Positions 17,201 through 31,910 are shown, counted from the stretch's first letter. The stretch is 64,000 nucleotides of DNA from Octopus vulgaris (GCA_951406725.2 OX597828.1:75950001-76014000); one strand, 5' to 3'. Program-made: numbers and translations. The notes: generated from the sequence alone by a model not told the origin.

Positions 17201-17644
17201 ATGGACGTTCTAGATATGAACGCAACATCAGGGTGTGTGCTGCTACGTGAGAATGTGTGCGTGTGTCTGCGCTAGTTTTCAATAAGCAGGATATCGAAAT
17301 AATATTAACTGCTACGGACTGAAAATAGGTAGAGTCTATATCTTCTCCGATCCATTCAGCCCAAAATAAATCAGTGGAAAATATCTCAAACATATCCGAT
17401 AACACTTGTGGTCGATGCAGGATTTTTAAAGTAATCTATTTCTTTTTATAGCAGCAGATTGGCGATTCTAACTACGTCCTCACCATTCTCTGAAAACGAT
17501 CTTGCACTGCAGTACATACATATCCCGAGAAATATAGGCACAGTGCTTGTATGCTTCTATGTATGTATGTGAATTTAAACATACTTATATATACTGATAT
17601 ATTTACACATGTATATGTAAATGAAATGTATGTGTGTATATATA

Positions 17645-18713
17645 TCTATATATATAAAACTCAACTTGTGTGTCTGTGTGTGTGTCTATGTGCGTATCTG
17701 TGTGTTTAACTTCCCGGCACATCTCCTCCTAGCCAACAAATCGTAGAATCACCAAAAATGGGTCACTTAAAGTTTAGGCTAATGGAAATTGAACTGCGCT
17801 ATTTCCGTTCCGAAATTCATCTCGCAAGTGCAAAAATCGATAATGTGTTTGTTTAGGCCTTATCCCATGCATTGACAAGTGAACTTTACTCTGTCAGCTG
17901 TTTGACGTGAACTGTGTTCACCACGCGTGCAAGCATGCGTAAATTGCATGAAAAATAAAAAATAAAGATATAAAAACGAATCGCCGTAAGCATTGTAGAA
18001 ATTCGGCAAAGAAATGAATTTTCGGGATGTAGCCTGGAGGGTTTTTTCGTATTAATCGTTTGGACTTTTTGAACACATACCAATTGTTTTCATAACATTT
18101 TTAACGCTTTGAATTAAATGTGACCATTTTGCGTTGAGCCTGCAGTTTGAATCACTTTAACCAAATTTTAGCAGGCCGGATTTTTGATCATCACGATACA
18201 TCGCCAGCGACTCCCTGAAACTCTCCCCTGAAATCCCCGTTGAGAAATCTATATATATAAAACTCAACTTGTGTGTCTGTGTGTGTATCTGTGCGTGTGT
18301 CTGTGTGTTTAACTTTTGGATCTACCAAGTTTCATTATTAAGGATGGAAAGTAGTGTGTAGCAAATCTATATATATAAAGCTGAAATTGTCTTCGAGACC
18401 CTGCAGCGCAAGTTGACCAAAATTGATAGTATGATAGAAGAAGGCTTGCTCTTCATTCTGTAGAAGATAAAATTCAAATCGGACCATGTTAACGCCAAAA
18501 ATTATTTACATCAAAAAGATGCGTTTTTTCTATGGAAATCCCTATTCTTTTACAATTTTTGACTGCTGTGTCACCATTTTTTGGTGTATTTCAACTGGAA
18601 AAATGTTCACTTGAAGAGAATAACAAGTTGCATAATGCAAAATTTTTACTTTTCAAAATTTCCAATTCTAAAGGGTCGAAACAAACTCAAGCAACACCGG
18701 CTGATACAGCTAG
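17645..18713 (+). mobile_element. Composite non-autonomous Helitron(s)
   Basis: 5' TCTATATATATAAA termini follow an A at 17645, 18248 and 18366. A single 3' end GCAACACCGGCTGATACAGCTAG|T lies at 18713. Confidence 0.75.
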
Positions 18714-18981
18714 TATATATATATATATATATATATAAATGAGTAGATGTGTGTATGAATACATTTCAATGTCTCTGTGTATATGCATGTTGTTTAACTT
18801 TTTGTAGACACACACAAACATTCAAATTTGTATATATGCATACATACATACATACATACATACATACATACATACATACATACATGCATGCATACATACA
18901 TACATACATACATACATACATACATACATACATGCATAGATACATACATACATACATACATACATTCATACATAATGCATA

Positions 18982-20125
18982 TCTATATATATAAAACTGA
19001 GAATGCGTGTCTGTCTGCTTGAATCCCTAAAACTTGAGAACTACACAACCAATTACATTGAAATTTTACACATGCCTTACTTAGGGTCCATGGGCTTAGG
19101 GTCGCTTGCTCTGAGCTCCGTAGGGATGACTGCTCACCGCCACCAGCCCGCCGGCCACTTCCCTTCACTTCACTTCACTTCACTTCACATATGCAATGGC
19201 GTCTTAGGCAACAAAAACATGAAATAGGATTACATCGAAAACGAAATTGTTTTGCGAAAAACGAAAGCAACAGATGTAAAAACAAGACAGGCAACATAAA
19301 AGTATGTGTGTGTATGCACGGGTGTGTGTATATATATATATGTATGTGTATGCATGTGTAAGTGTGTATATATATGTATGTGTATTTTGTGTGTGTGTGT
19401 ATGAGAGTGTATATGCATATATGCATATGTGTATATATGTGTATGTATATGTGTATGTATGTGTATGTGTATATATGTGTATGTATGTATGTTTATGTAT
19501 GTATGTTTAAGTATGTATGTGTATGTATGCATGTGTATGTATGTATGTGCATGTATGTATGCGCAAGCATGGCATGCATGTATGCACATGCATATATGTG
19601 CATGCACATATGTGCATGCATATATGTGCATGTATGTGTGTGTATGTATGTGTGTGCATGTATGTGTGTGCATGTATGTGTGTGCATGTATGTGTGTGCA
19701 TGTATGTATGTGTATGTATGTGTGTGTGTGCATGTGTGTGGCCATGTTTGTTTATGTTTATGCATGTATGTACAATCTCACGTACGTATATGCAGCAGCG
19801 TTTTAGGCACCGAAAACATGAAATACGAAAACATGGAAGACGAACTTATTTTGCGAACAACGAAAGAAGCACGACAGGCAACTTAAGAACAGCTTTCCAG
19901 TTATCGGCTGTTTTATCCACTCCGCATTTCGACAAAATATGTATGTATGTGTGTCTATGTATGTATGTGTATGTATGTGTGTATGTGTGTGTGTGTATGT
20001 GTGTGTATGTATCTGTGTGTATGTGTATGTGTGTATGTATGTGTGTATGTATGTGTGTGTATGTGTATGTGTGTGTATGTATCTGTGTGTATGTGTATGT
20101 GTGTGTATGTATGTGTGTTCATGTA

Positions 20126-20174
<49 letters not shown>

Positions 20175-20420
20175 GTGTATGTATGTATGTGTATGTATGT
20201 ATGTGTATGTATGAACATGTATGTTTGTGTATGTATAGATATGTATGCATGTATGTACAATCTCACGTATGCAGCAGCGTGTTAGGCAACGAAAACATGA
20301 AATACGAAAACATGGAAGACGAACTTGTTTTGCGAACAACGAAAGAAGAAAGGCAGGCAACATAAGAACAGCTTTCCAGTCATCGGCTCTTTTATCCACT
20401 CCGCATTTCGACAAAATGAG
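18982..20420 (+). mobile_element. Helitron-like element (5' end only) with internal tandem ~480-600-bp units
   Basis: A|TCTATATATATAAAACTG start. The unit TAGGCA(A/C)C(G/A)AAAACATGAAATA...TTTTGCGAA...CAGGCAAC recurs at ~19205, ~19804 and ~20283, separated by TG/TA microsatellite. No CTAG end found. Confidence 0.55.
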
Positions 20421-20475
20421 TCTTCGTCTCAAACTGTTGATCCCGTTTCGGTTAAAATGAATGAGAGATTTTTTA

Positions 20476-20647
20476 TTTACTTCTTTCAGTCATGTTGGCG
20501 CAACGCTTTTAGTCGAGCAAATCGACCCCAGGACTTGTTCTATGTAAGCCTAGTACTTATTTTATCCGAACCGCTAAGTTACGGCGTGTTAAACACACCA
20601 GCATCGGTTGTCCAGCGATATTGAAGGGACAGACACTGACACACAAG

Positions 20648-20733
<86 letters not shown>

Positions 20734-20860
20734 CGACCGGCTTCTTTTAGTATCCGTCTACCAAATCCACTCACAAGGCTTTGGTCGTCCCGAGGCTATA
20801 GTAGTAGACACTTGCCATAGGTGCCACGCACTGGGACTGAACCCGGAACCATGTGGTTCG
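20476..20860 (-). mobile_element. Family A SINE
   Basis: Reverse complement of the 44233 copy, including the internal (TG)/(TA) tract. Confidence 0.85.
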
Positions 20861-21036
20861 TAAGGAATTTATATTCATATATATAGATATAAAGTATTAA
20901 TAGACAGAGTTATATAAAAACCAGAATATAAAATACATGTCTTAGACATAAAATATGAGAAATGATGAGATATTAAACTGTTATATTCTTGAACCCTACT
21001 AGAATGGAACTTGTATGTATGAATGTATACATACAT

Positions 21037-23440
21037 GGGCCGACCACGCATTAACACTGCCAAAACCTCGTACCCTACACTGCGAAAATGTTTTACTATT
21101 TCTATCAAGGTTGCCCTCAGTAGCTGCCCAAACTCCTCTGCTGAAAGTAGGTGGAATTATATCAGGGAAGCTTTGTATACCACATCAATAGATACTTTCG
21201 GCATGAGAGAAAAGCAAAACCCAAATTTTGTTCAGTGCTGGGCTCTCAGAGCAGGAAACAGTTATCGAAGCAAAGCGTGCAGTTCTGATGCAATACAAGA
21301 GTGATTCTTCTACAAATCACTCGAAGAACTGAGAAAGTCAAGAAATAAAACCCAACTGACAGCCAGACGCTGCGCAAATAGGTATTGGCAGGAAATCTGT
21401 CAGAGTATCCAGTCAGCTGCTGACAGGGGCAACACCCGTGGGATGTATGCCGGTTTGAAGAAGGCCCTCGGCCCATCCGCAACCAATTCAGCCCATCTGA
21501 AATTCACAACTGGAGATCTCATCAAGGACCAAAGCAAGCAAATGGATAGATGGGTGGAGTACTACCAGGATCTCTACTCACGGGAGACCACGGTAGCTGA
21601 GGCTGCAATCGAGGGTGTAAAGATCTTGCCAGTCATGTGTGAACTTGACAGTCTGCCATCTATAGCAGAGCTCACCAATGCTATTGACTCCCTAGCAAGT
21701 AACAAGGCTCCGGGAAAAGACGTCATCTTCTGAGAGATCATCAAAACCGGGTAAAACACTATCCTGCTTCGGCATCTGCATGAGCTTCTGTGTCAGTGCT
21801 GGGGAGAGGGTAAAGTCCCTCAGGATATGCGGGATACTGACACCATTACGCTTTACAAAAATAAAGGTGAACGTGGCGATTGTAACAATTACCGTGGGAT
21901 ATCTCTTCTAAGCACTATTGGAAAGGCCTTTGCTCGCGTTATCCTGTCCAGGCTACAACTGCTTGCTTCTCGAATTTATCCAGAATCGCAGTGTGGCTTT
22001 AGAAGAAGCAGATCAACTATTGACATGATATTCTCCATACGCCAACTTCAGGAGAAGTCCAGAGAGCAGAACATGCCATTATATATGGCCTTCATTGATC
22101 TGACAAAGGCCTTTGACTTGGTAAGTAGAAAAGGCCTCTTCATCCTGCTCCAAAAAATCGGATGTCCACCAAAGCTGCTGAGGATCATCAAATCTTTCCA
22201 TGATGATATGCAAGGAACCATACAGCACAATGGTTCAACATCAGCCGACTTCCAAATAAAAAATGGAGTAAAGCAAGGTTGTGCTATGCTCCTACATTAT
22301 TTGGCATCTTCTTCTCGCTGCTGCTGTCACATGCCTTTCAGACCTCAGATGATGGAGTGTTTCTGCACAGTAGAAATGACGGGAAACTGTTCAATCTCTC
22401 GCATCTGCGTTCAAGACCAAAATCAGAAGCGTCCTGATCAAGAACGTGCTAGTTACTAATGATGCCGCTCTAGTATCACACACAGAAGAAGCCCTACAGA
22501 GGCTCATCGACCGTTTAGAGCAGGCATGTAGCGACTTTGGCTTAGTTATCAGCCTCAAGAAGACCAACACCATGGGTCATAGGACATCCCAAACATACAT
22601 ATTGGAGACCACAGACTTCGGGAGGTGGAGAAGTTTACCTATCTTAGCTCTACTGTCACCTACAACCTATCCTTTGATGTTGAGCTCAATATACGCATTG
22701 GCAAGGCAGCTGCTGTGATGGTCCAACTCTCCAAACGGACATGGGACAACTATAAGCTGACCAAGACCACAAAAATGAAGATTTACCAGACATGTGTACT
22801 TACCACTCTACTGTATGGAAGTGAGACTTGGACGCCATACAAACGCCAAGAGCGTTGCCTAAATAACTTTCACCTGCGCTGCCTCCGGAAAATCCTTCGC
22901 ATCAAATGGCAGAATCATGTCCTCAAGCAAGCAGGAATACCAAGCATTTTTTGTACTCCTCACCCAAAGACGTATGAGGTGGCTTGGACATGTTAGCCGT
23001 ATGGAAGATGGCAGAATCCCCAAGGACATACTCTACGGAGAGCTTGCTAGGGGCACTAGGTCTGTGGGAAGACCGTTCTTACGATACAAGGATGTTTGCA
23101 TAAAGGTATTAAATGCCTGCAACATCAATATTACCAACTGGGAAGCAGTTGCCAGCAACCGTGGAGATTGGCGACGTACCGTAAAAGAGGGAGCACAAAT
23201 AGTGACATAGAGAGAGAGGGGAGAAATGGAAAGACAAGAAAATACGTCAATAAGAAAGTATGACATTACAACCAGCATGACAAAGTCTTCGCTACATATG
23301 CGGCACCTGCCAGAGGGAGTGTTTGTCCAGGATAGGAATACACAGCCACAGCAGGAGATGTATTAGGACATGAAATGTAAAAGCCGAACTAGATTATTTT
23401 ATGCGCAACTCCATTGTCTCCCGTAGACAGGAACTGTAAC
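21037..23440 (+). mobile_element. 5'-truncated, frameshifted RTE-clade LINE (reverse transcriptase pseudogene)
   Basis: KAPGKD, LYKNKGERGDCNNYRGISLL, PESQCGFR, FIDLTKAFD, GVKQGC, catalytic motif decayed to VTNDAAL, FTYLSS, LLYGSETW, RWLGHV.RM...RIPK.ILYGEL, and a C-terminal CGTCQRECLSRIGIHSHSRRC zinc finger. No APE domain in this copy. Confidence 0.93.
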
Positions 23441-23484
23441 AAATCGATCGTATATATATGTATGTATATATGTAAGTGTATGTA

Positions 23485-23625
23485 TGTGTCTTTTTCTCTG
23501 TGTTTCGCCCTCATCACTGCTTCACAACTGCTGTTCATTTATTTACATCCACTTAACTTACTGGTTTCACAAGAAAAAACTAATAGAATAAGTACCAGGC
23601 TTATCAACATAAAAAAGCACTAGGT
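23485..23625 (+). mobile_element. Decayed 3' half of a family A SINE
   Basis: ...TAATAGAATAAGTACCAGGCTT... matches the family 3' body. Confidence 0.55.
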
Positions 23626-23698
23626 TGTGTCTCATATTTTTGTTTGCCCACTCAGTTGTATCTATCAATTTATCTTTGTATGTGTGTCTGTGTGTGTA

Positions 23699-23771
<73 letters not shown>

Positions 23772-23989
23772 GTTAGTTTGCCCGACTTCAGTTCAATTTT
23801 TCTGTAGTAAGTGGATTATGTGTGGATAATCAGTATATTGGCTTTGGAATAATCTTCTTTAGCCCTTCCTTATAAGTTGTTTATAATTTTAACCGTAAAG
23901 GTATTTTTTAATATGCTGCTACATTTCTTGATGGAATTCTTTTCTGTAGAGAAAAAAACTTCATCCTATATTATTAGTAGTATACATAT

Positions 23990-24075
<86 letters not shown>

Positions 24076-24089
24076 ATATATATATATAT

Positions 24090-25386
24090 ATAGAAAACAC
24101 CCTAATGGGAGCCTTAACTCCCAAATTTTAGTCCTTTCTATTATGATCCAAAACTAGGTCAAATGTAGTGAAAGTATCCTTTATGAAATTTGGAAATTAT
24201 ATTTCTATGCATAAGGGCCATAAACCCCATGACAATTCATATAGTTTTACTGTTGAGGAAATTTTAACCATAGGTATTAGACATAAAATTTCATCTTCTT
24301 ACAATTTATAAAGAACCCCCCTCTTTGGAGACTTAACACCCACAATTTTGTTATTTTATCAAAGCAAAAACGATTACAGTTGTGCTCTTGGAAGCTGTAG
24401 GGTTACCCGAGCATAAAAGTTGAGCACTATTTCTAATTCAATGGCACAACAGTGTAAAAGTTTGCTTTGACATACACTTACATTGTGATTTCTGCAATGT
24501 GGTGCATAAATTGTCAAGTAAATGAGAGGCATATTTGCCTCAACTGATTCAGTTGCAAAGTGTTGAGTAAAGTTATTTGATTGCAGAGCTCCTTTAATTC
24601 TTTTTATTATCACTCGGTCACACATAGTCCCCACATGGTAATATTGATTTCAAGGCTTTCCCAGATGAGTGACTGGTTATTCAAAGACATTTATAGATTG
24701 TATATTTATTCTGTCCAGTTACGTATCAGTATAGTGGTCATTTGCAAATTACAACTTTCATTTCTCCTGAGCCCTCACGTCACACAGTTGTTAATGCTTA
24801 TTTCAGTTTGGTCACGCCTTTCCAATTGCTATAGATACGTAATGCATCTTACGGCTGTGCCTGTCACCTGGATGCTGAGGAACCCTACATTGGGAGTGGT
24901 AACGACTAGGGTAGGGTAACTGACTGCTTGTTGTGATCATTCGTCTTTTGGTTTCCTGTAGCTTTGCTCTCTTTTACAAACCCAGTGAACATATATTTCC
25001 TATTTCAAAGAAATTCAAACAATAGATATAAGACCCACTTTTAAAAGATTCTCAACAATTCAACTTCTCTGGTTGACATTAAGATGCCCACCCCCAACAG
25101 GAGCCTTAACTCTCACATTTTAGAGCTCCATGACCTTCGTTTTTCAGGAGCAAAATCTTTTTAACAGGTTCAATAAGACTGGACTTTTGGAACATGTGCA
25201 TAAAAATCAGTAGTATGGGATATATGCGGCATGATTACAATTTTGTTTGGGTGTGTAAAGAAGGACATAACAGTCATCTGCAATTTTGATGAAATTCGAA
25301 ACATAGATATTCATTAGAGAAAATATAACAGAAAGACTAATTCTTCAATTGTATGTAACTCGGGCAACGCCGGGTATCTCAGCTAG
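24090..25386 (+). mobile_element. Non-autonomous Helitron, 5' boundary uncertain
   Basis: 3' end ACTCGGGCAACGCCGGGTATCTCAGCTAG|T (hairpin plus CTAG). Internal repeats GAG(C/A)CTTAAC...TTTT at ~24110, ~24328 and ~25101. 5' end is lost in a TA tract. Confidence 0.65.
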
Positions 25387-25568
25387 TATATATATAAATT
25401 TAAAATGAGGGTGAGAAATTAGATATTTATTTAATCAACATCGATTTCCCACCAGTGGTCTAGCATAGAAAAACCTGAAGGTTCAGTAAAATTGTATTAT
25501 ATACATATATATATTAGAGGGAAACCACTATATATTATGTATATATATATATATATATACTTACATAC

Positions 25569-25639
<71 letters not shown>

Positions 25640-25640
<1 letters not shown>

Positions 25641-26413
25641 GAAATACAAAACCCGTCAAAGGGCGGAGGAACTCTTGAGAGTCAACGGCCATCCAATAAA
25701 TGTGTAATTATATATTTAATGTATATCTGCCTTTTTCTCACTAATATTCATATGATGTATATTTTTATAGCTTTGCTCATTATATAAATTTTTATATACT
25801 TCACATCATATATTTTATGCATATTTTGTATATCAATGTTTTTTCTATTTATATATAATCGTAGTTTTTATTTATGTATTTATTTATTTTTTCTCCTTAT
25901 ATCAATCTTACCCAGCTTAAGGCTGTATCATGCGCAGGGACATAGAAATAATCGGAATGAATACCCGATCGCGCGGTTAAACCATTGGGAGTGAAGGACT
26001 CCTAGACTTTGTTAGGTCATCCTTCTAGGAGAAGGTAACTCAGGTAACTGGGATAACTCCGACATAAAACCTGCGGCTCAGTGGTTACCGATGATGTTGA
26101 CTTGTTCTTCTTTTCGGATTATGGCTGTTGTTGCTTGGTGAGTGGGATTGACTCAGTGCACAGCCTTTCCTCACTTTAAAACATATCTTCTTGCCCAGGC
26201 ATTGCACGATAACAACATTGATTGATTGATTAAATTGATTAACTAATTCATGATTGTTGATAGTGCTGTGAGTCTCAACTGAATGGCTGGCTGTAGCCTT
26301 AAAAAGCAAATTGTAGATCTTTAGCTGGGCTAAAAAGTCACGTTCGATCACAGCACCAGTAACGGTTAAGCTTCGTGCAATGGCCATACTCGATAACGAG
26401 GGGGGGCAGCCAT
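25640..26413 (+). mobile_element. Same retroposon as 11462-12003, copy 2, 5'-truncated, intron-retaining form
   Basis: Aligns with 11584-12002 apart from extra segments at 25704-25915 and ~26222-26366. Flanked by (TA)n. Confidence 0.8.
25704..25915 (+). other. Putative spliceosomal (GT-AG) intron inside the retroposon
   Basis: GTAATT...TTTTTTCTCCTTATATCAATCTTACCCAG. Removing it exactly regenerates the copy-1 junction AATAAATGT|CTTAA. Confidence 0.7.
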
Positions 26414-27046
26414 CATATATATATATATATAAACTCTTCATCAGTTAAAATAATGCTGCATTTTGTGATGGAGAAAAAGAATGTAAACACACCAAATTTG
26501 TCCAGAGAGCTCTCTCTCCCCTACGCGTACCGATGGAAGCTTGCATTTCGGGGCATTTATCTCCTCCTCAGCATTGAACACTCGAAAGAGGAAGGACGAA
26601 CAGATAACGGGAGATCTGGTCTCTCTTATATCGTAGTCAAATTACTGTCACTGTTTGCGCTAATTGGCGATCCAGCTGTTATAAAATACAGATTACAGGC
26701 GCTAAATAGTGATGTGTACACATAGAAGGTGAGTACCTAATCAAGTATGGAGCATATTCAATGTCATAAGAAAGTCATTCTGTACATTTTGTCATGGAGA
26801 AAAATTCTTGATATAGACAAATAGGTTTAGATACATGGAGACATTCCGGAATGTCCACATGCAGATCGATGAATGCATTGCATTTCGGAGTAGTTGTCTC
26901 CTCTCCATGTATGTGCATCCACACACACACACATGCATATATACATATATATATGTATATGTATATGTATGTATGTGTGTGTTTGTGTGTATGTATGTAT
27001 GTATGTATGTATGTAGATATATATATATACTGATATATGTTAATGT

Positions 27047-27231
<185 letters not shown>

Positions 27232-28436
27232 TGATTGATTGATTGATATATATATATATACTTACATATATATATATATATATCCTATATGTATGCATAG
27301 ATACCTACTGATATGGGTGTGCCTGTATATGTGTGCGCGTGTGTGTGCACGTGCGTGTGTTCAGTTTCAATCTGGCAAGCCCTGCACCACCTGGTCATTT
27401 GTCATATTACCATACATGCGGAATGGCGCTTTCCCCGACACCATTCAGCATTTTTTTTTTACCATTATTCAATGACCAGAATAATCAGATACTTATTAGA
27501 AAGTGGGAAATATTCGCAGATGCTGTGTTAGTTATTTCTTCTCAAAAATAACAGGATGAAACAACGTTGTATCCCTAAATAGCCGTTCGACATGCTAGAA
27601 AAAGTAATCACAACCTCAGATCTTACATCACGATTTAACAGACTTCAGGATTAAAAATCTTATGTGTAGCAACTTGGTTTGTAAGAAATAGGAATGGCAT
27701 CCCATTCAAATAAAGCACAAGAACCTTAAAGCACACTACGCGACAATGGCTGATGTAGTTCTCGATTGTAATGGTCACAGTTGGTACGCCATAAGCTATC
27801 GTTTAGGCCAATCAGGGCTGATCCGGAGATAAACTTCAACTTAGATGAACTAAGGTTATTTAAACAGAAATAGTTTACAAAATAGGATCCGATAAATGAG
27901 CAAAGAGACTTTTGTATAATTATACTGCTTGCTAGACATACAAGCTATATCTCCCTCAAATCATTCCGTTTTCAAACGAAAAGACATGCCTTGATATTCA
28001 GTATGTCTGGGAAATTAAAACAACATTCAGTTGTCATCTCTTCAAATTTTGATATTCTACATTTCTTTGTCGAAATTCAACTAATGTCAAAGGGTTGACA
28101 ATAAAAACAGTAATAGGTTACACTCAGAGATGGTACCTATATACCAGCAGATTGATCATGCAATAACTTCCAGAACCAGCAGGACGTAAACTCACATAGG
28201 TTTCGATAAGATAAACGGCAGTAAGACACAAGTAGAAACGGACCTTTCATTCTATTCCGGGCAGGCATTTAATTTTGAAGGGGTAGAAGCAATCGGGCCG
28301 TAAGCAGGTACCGACTGCAGCGAAGTAGTTATACGAGATTCCAATATGTGCTTTAGTACGACCACAAACATATAAACTCACATACACAAACTTACACGAA
28401 CACACACAAATCCGTATTTTTTCACGTTTAATTACA

Positions 28437-28951
28437 TCTATATATATAAAACTCTAGTTGTGTGAGTGTCTGTCCCCTTCGATTTAGATTCCTAACTCCT
28501 CCCACATTTTGCGGTGCAGTTTAACCAAATTCGGGTATCTTATAGTCGTGATTAATATCGAGCCCGTCTGAGTATTAGCGCGCGTCTACAATGAGTCTAC
28601 GATTTTAAAAATAATTTAACATCATTTTTTATTCCATTTTAATGCATAATTTTTCGTGTGTCGATGGCGGCGGAGTTGGCGTCCACGCTCAAACACCTGC
28701 ACCTGTTTGCTTCTCACCCTTCTTCCCTCCCTCGTGAAGCTGTGGGGAAGGGAGTGTAAGGAAATCAACGTCGTAATGCGTTGTCAAGGAGACCAGCGTT
28801 CTTTTAGAACAACGACTTCATGGCTTGAAGACACCAAAACAGAAATGGCTAAGAAAGCCCGAATTGGCATCTATAAAGGAAGTAACTCTCTAAAAATGCT
28901 TATATAGTTATTTCCCTTACAAACCCGAGCAACGCCGGGCGATACTGCTAG
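28437..28951 (+). mobile_element. Complete non-autonomous Helitron (515 bp)
   Basis: A|TCTATATATATAAAAC ... CCCGAGCAACGCCGGG hairpin ... CTAG|T. Inserted between A and T with no TSD. Confidence 0.85.
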
Positions 28952-30253
28952 TATGTTAATAAAGATGAAAGACATACATAATGTTAAAAGAGAAGTTTAG
29001 TTTCGCATTTCAATTTGACGCTTCTCCTATTGCATGGCAACAGAAGTCTTAGAACATTAAATAGCAACGGAATAAGAACCCGGCTTAAATATATGTGCAT
29101 ATTAGTCTCTATGTATAATTAAACCATGAGTATTTGAAGAATTGGATTTTGCTAAACAATGCTCTCGCATTTCAAATATTGACCACATCATACTAAACAC
29201 TACAGTATCTCTTTTCTCAGTAATCACATCTGAATCAAGAAGACTAATACTGGAACAACTGACAAGATTAATTATATGTGCTGAACATTCTCCTAAATCA
29301 CATTTTATTTTGTTGGCAGGGGTTTATACAGGGATGACGGTTTATTCATATATAAAACCCTTCAGCGGAAAGATAATGCGAGTACTGTATTAAACACCTT
29401 CTGAATTCCAGCACTACATTAATCCAAGAGATTTTATGCTATATCAAATTTACTATAGAATTCCAAACGGCCCCTAAAATTATCCCGTTTCTATTTCTCA
29501 TTGGTCAGGAAAATATTTCTCATTCACATACTTCATTGTGCAATACAAGTATGACGTTGCCAAGGTTTTAGAGTCACCTCTATGACTACATTATAAATAA
29601 AATAAAAATGCTTATTTAAAATGGTAAGATATAATTTCTTTGCTAACCACAAAAGGTCGAGTGGCTGTAGAGTAGCTCCCATCATTTGGGAAGCTATTTA
29701 TGTGTTTTCGTTTTACTGGAGCGCAACACATCCGTCTGGCAGTGAGTTGACGCAGGAATATTGCCAGACATTTTCTCACTCCTACGGCTGCTGTTGGTAT
29801 TGCTATTATTATTGTAGCGTTGCTGTTGTTGCTGCTCATTTTATGGTTGTTGCTGTTGTTGCTGCTGGTGTCGGCTTGAATGTTGTTTAAATTTTTCTAT
29901 ACTGTGTTGAACGAAATTACACTCGCTCCAGTGGTTTCATTGAAAATATCACAAGACCTGGAGTTGTGAGGTTGACGATTTAACGATGCAAAATGTCTCA
30001 GTGCACAGGAAGAGGAGGAAGCGTAGAAAGAAAACAATGAAAAAGTTAGAGAAGTTACAAAAAATGACAGTAAATACTAAATATATAAACCAAAACAAAA
30101 AAATTGGAAAACTATAAAAGATATGAAAATGATAAAAGAATATAAATGTTTAAAAAACAGTTGTAAAATTTACTGAATAACAGAAACTAGAATAACGGTA
30201 AAACCCAAAATTAAACAATACAGAAAAACATATATATATATATATATTTATAT

Positions 30254-30288
<35 letters not shown>

Positions 30289-30306
30289 CATACATACATA
30301 CATACA

Positions 30307-30342
<36 letters not shown>

Positions 30343-30614
30343 TATATATGTATGTATGTATGTACGTATACACAGACAGATAGGTCATATACAAATATAT
30401 ATACGCACATACACACAGACACATACACACGCAAATATGTATATGTAATAGCTGCATATATACGTGTGTGTGTGTGTGTTGCGTGTATGATTATATAAAA
30501 AATTATATATGTTTTGAATTAGCACTTATATTCAAAAATACTTGTACATACATATGGGTGTGTCTGTATGTTCACGTGCATATATACTTGTATATATACA
30601 AACATACATACACA

Positions 30615-30697
<83 letters not shown>

Positions 30698-30980
30698 AAG
30701 CGAATGTGTGCATATATTGATGTATTTATGTGTATAGTGTGAGTCTTAATATACGTAAAGAGTAGTTCTCTCTCTATATCTGGTATGAAATAAAGTGAAA
30801 TGAAAAAGACTACATTTTTTTCTTTTGCTGTAACACCCCCACCCACTCTTGAAAAATGCAAATTAAGAGACAGAAGAGAGATTTGTAATTTACTGTAAGC
30901 ATTTGGTGATGTTGCTAGCTGACTAACTTGCAATTACCTACTCTATAATAACGACAACAGTTCTGTCAATAATAAGAACA

Positions 30981-31910
<930 letters not shown>

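Noticed and set aside
19190-20418. Repeat-spacer pattern resembling a CRISPR array
   Set aside because: Eukaryotic context, units over 100 bp, microsatellite spacers and no cas genes.
15716-20432. Many 60-280-aa ORFs rich in YI/CV/HT/LSIY
   Set aside because: They are microsatellite translations (TA, TG, GATA). The same applies across the window.
24374-24634. Minus-strand ORF faintly resembling a hAT transposase (F..Q..ES motif)
   Set aside because: Similarity is too weak to support by eye.
26670-26734. Strong plus-strand donor AAG|GTGAGT
   Set aside because: Upstream sequence has stops in all three frames and no convincing acceptor.
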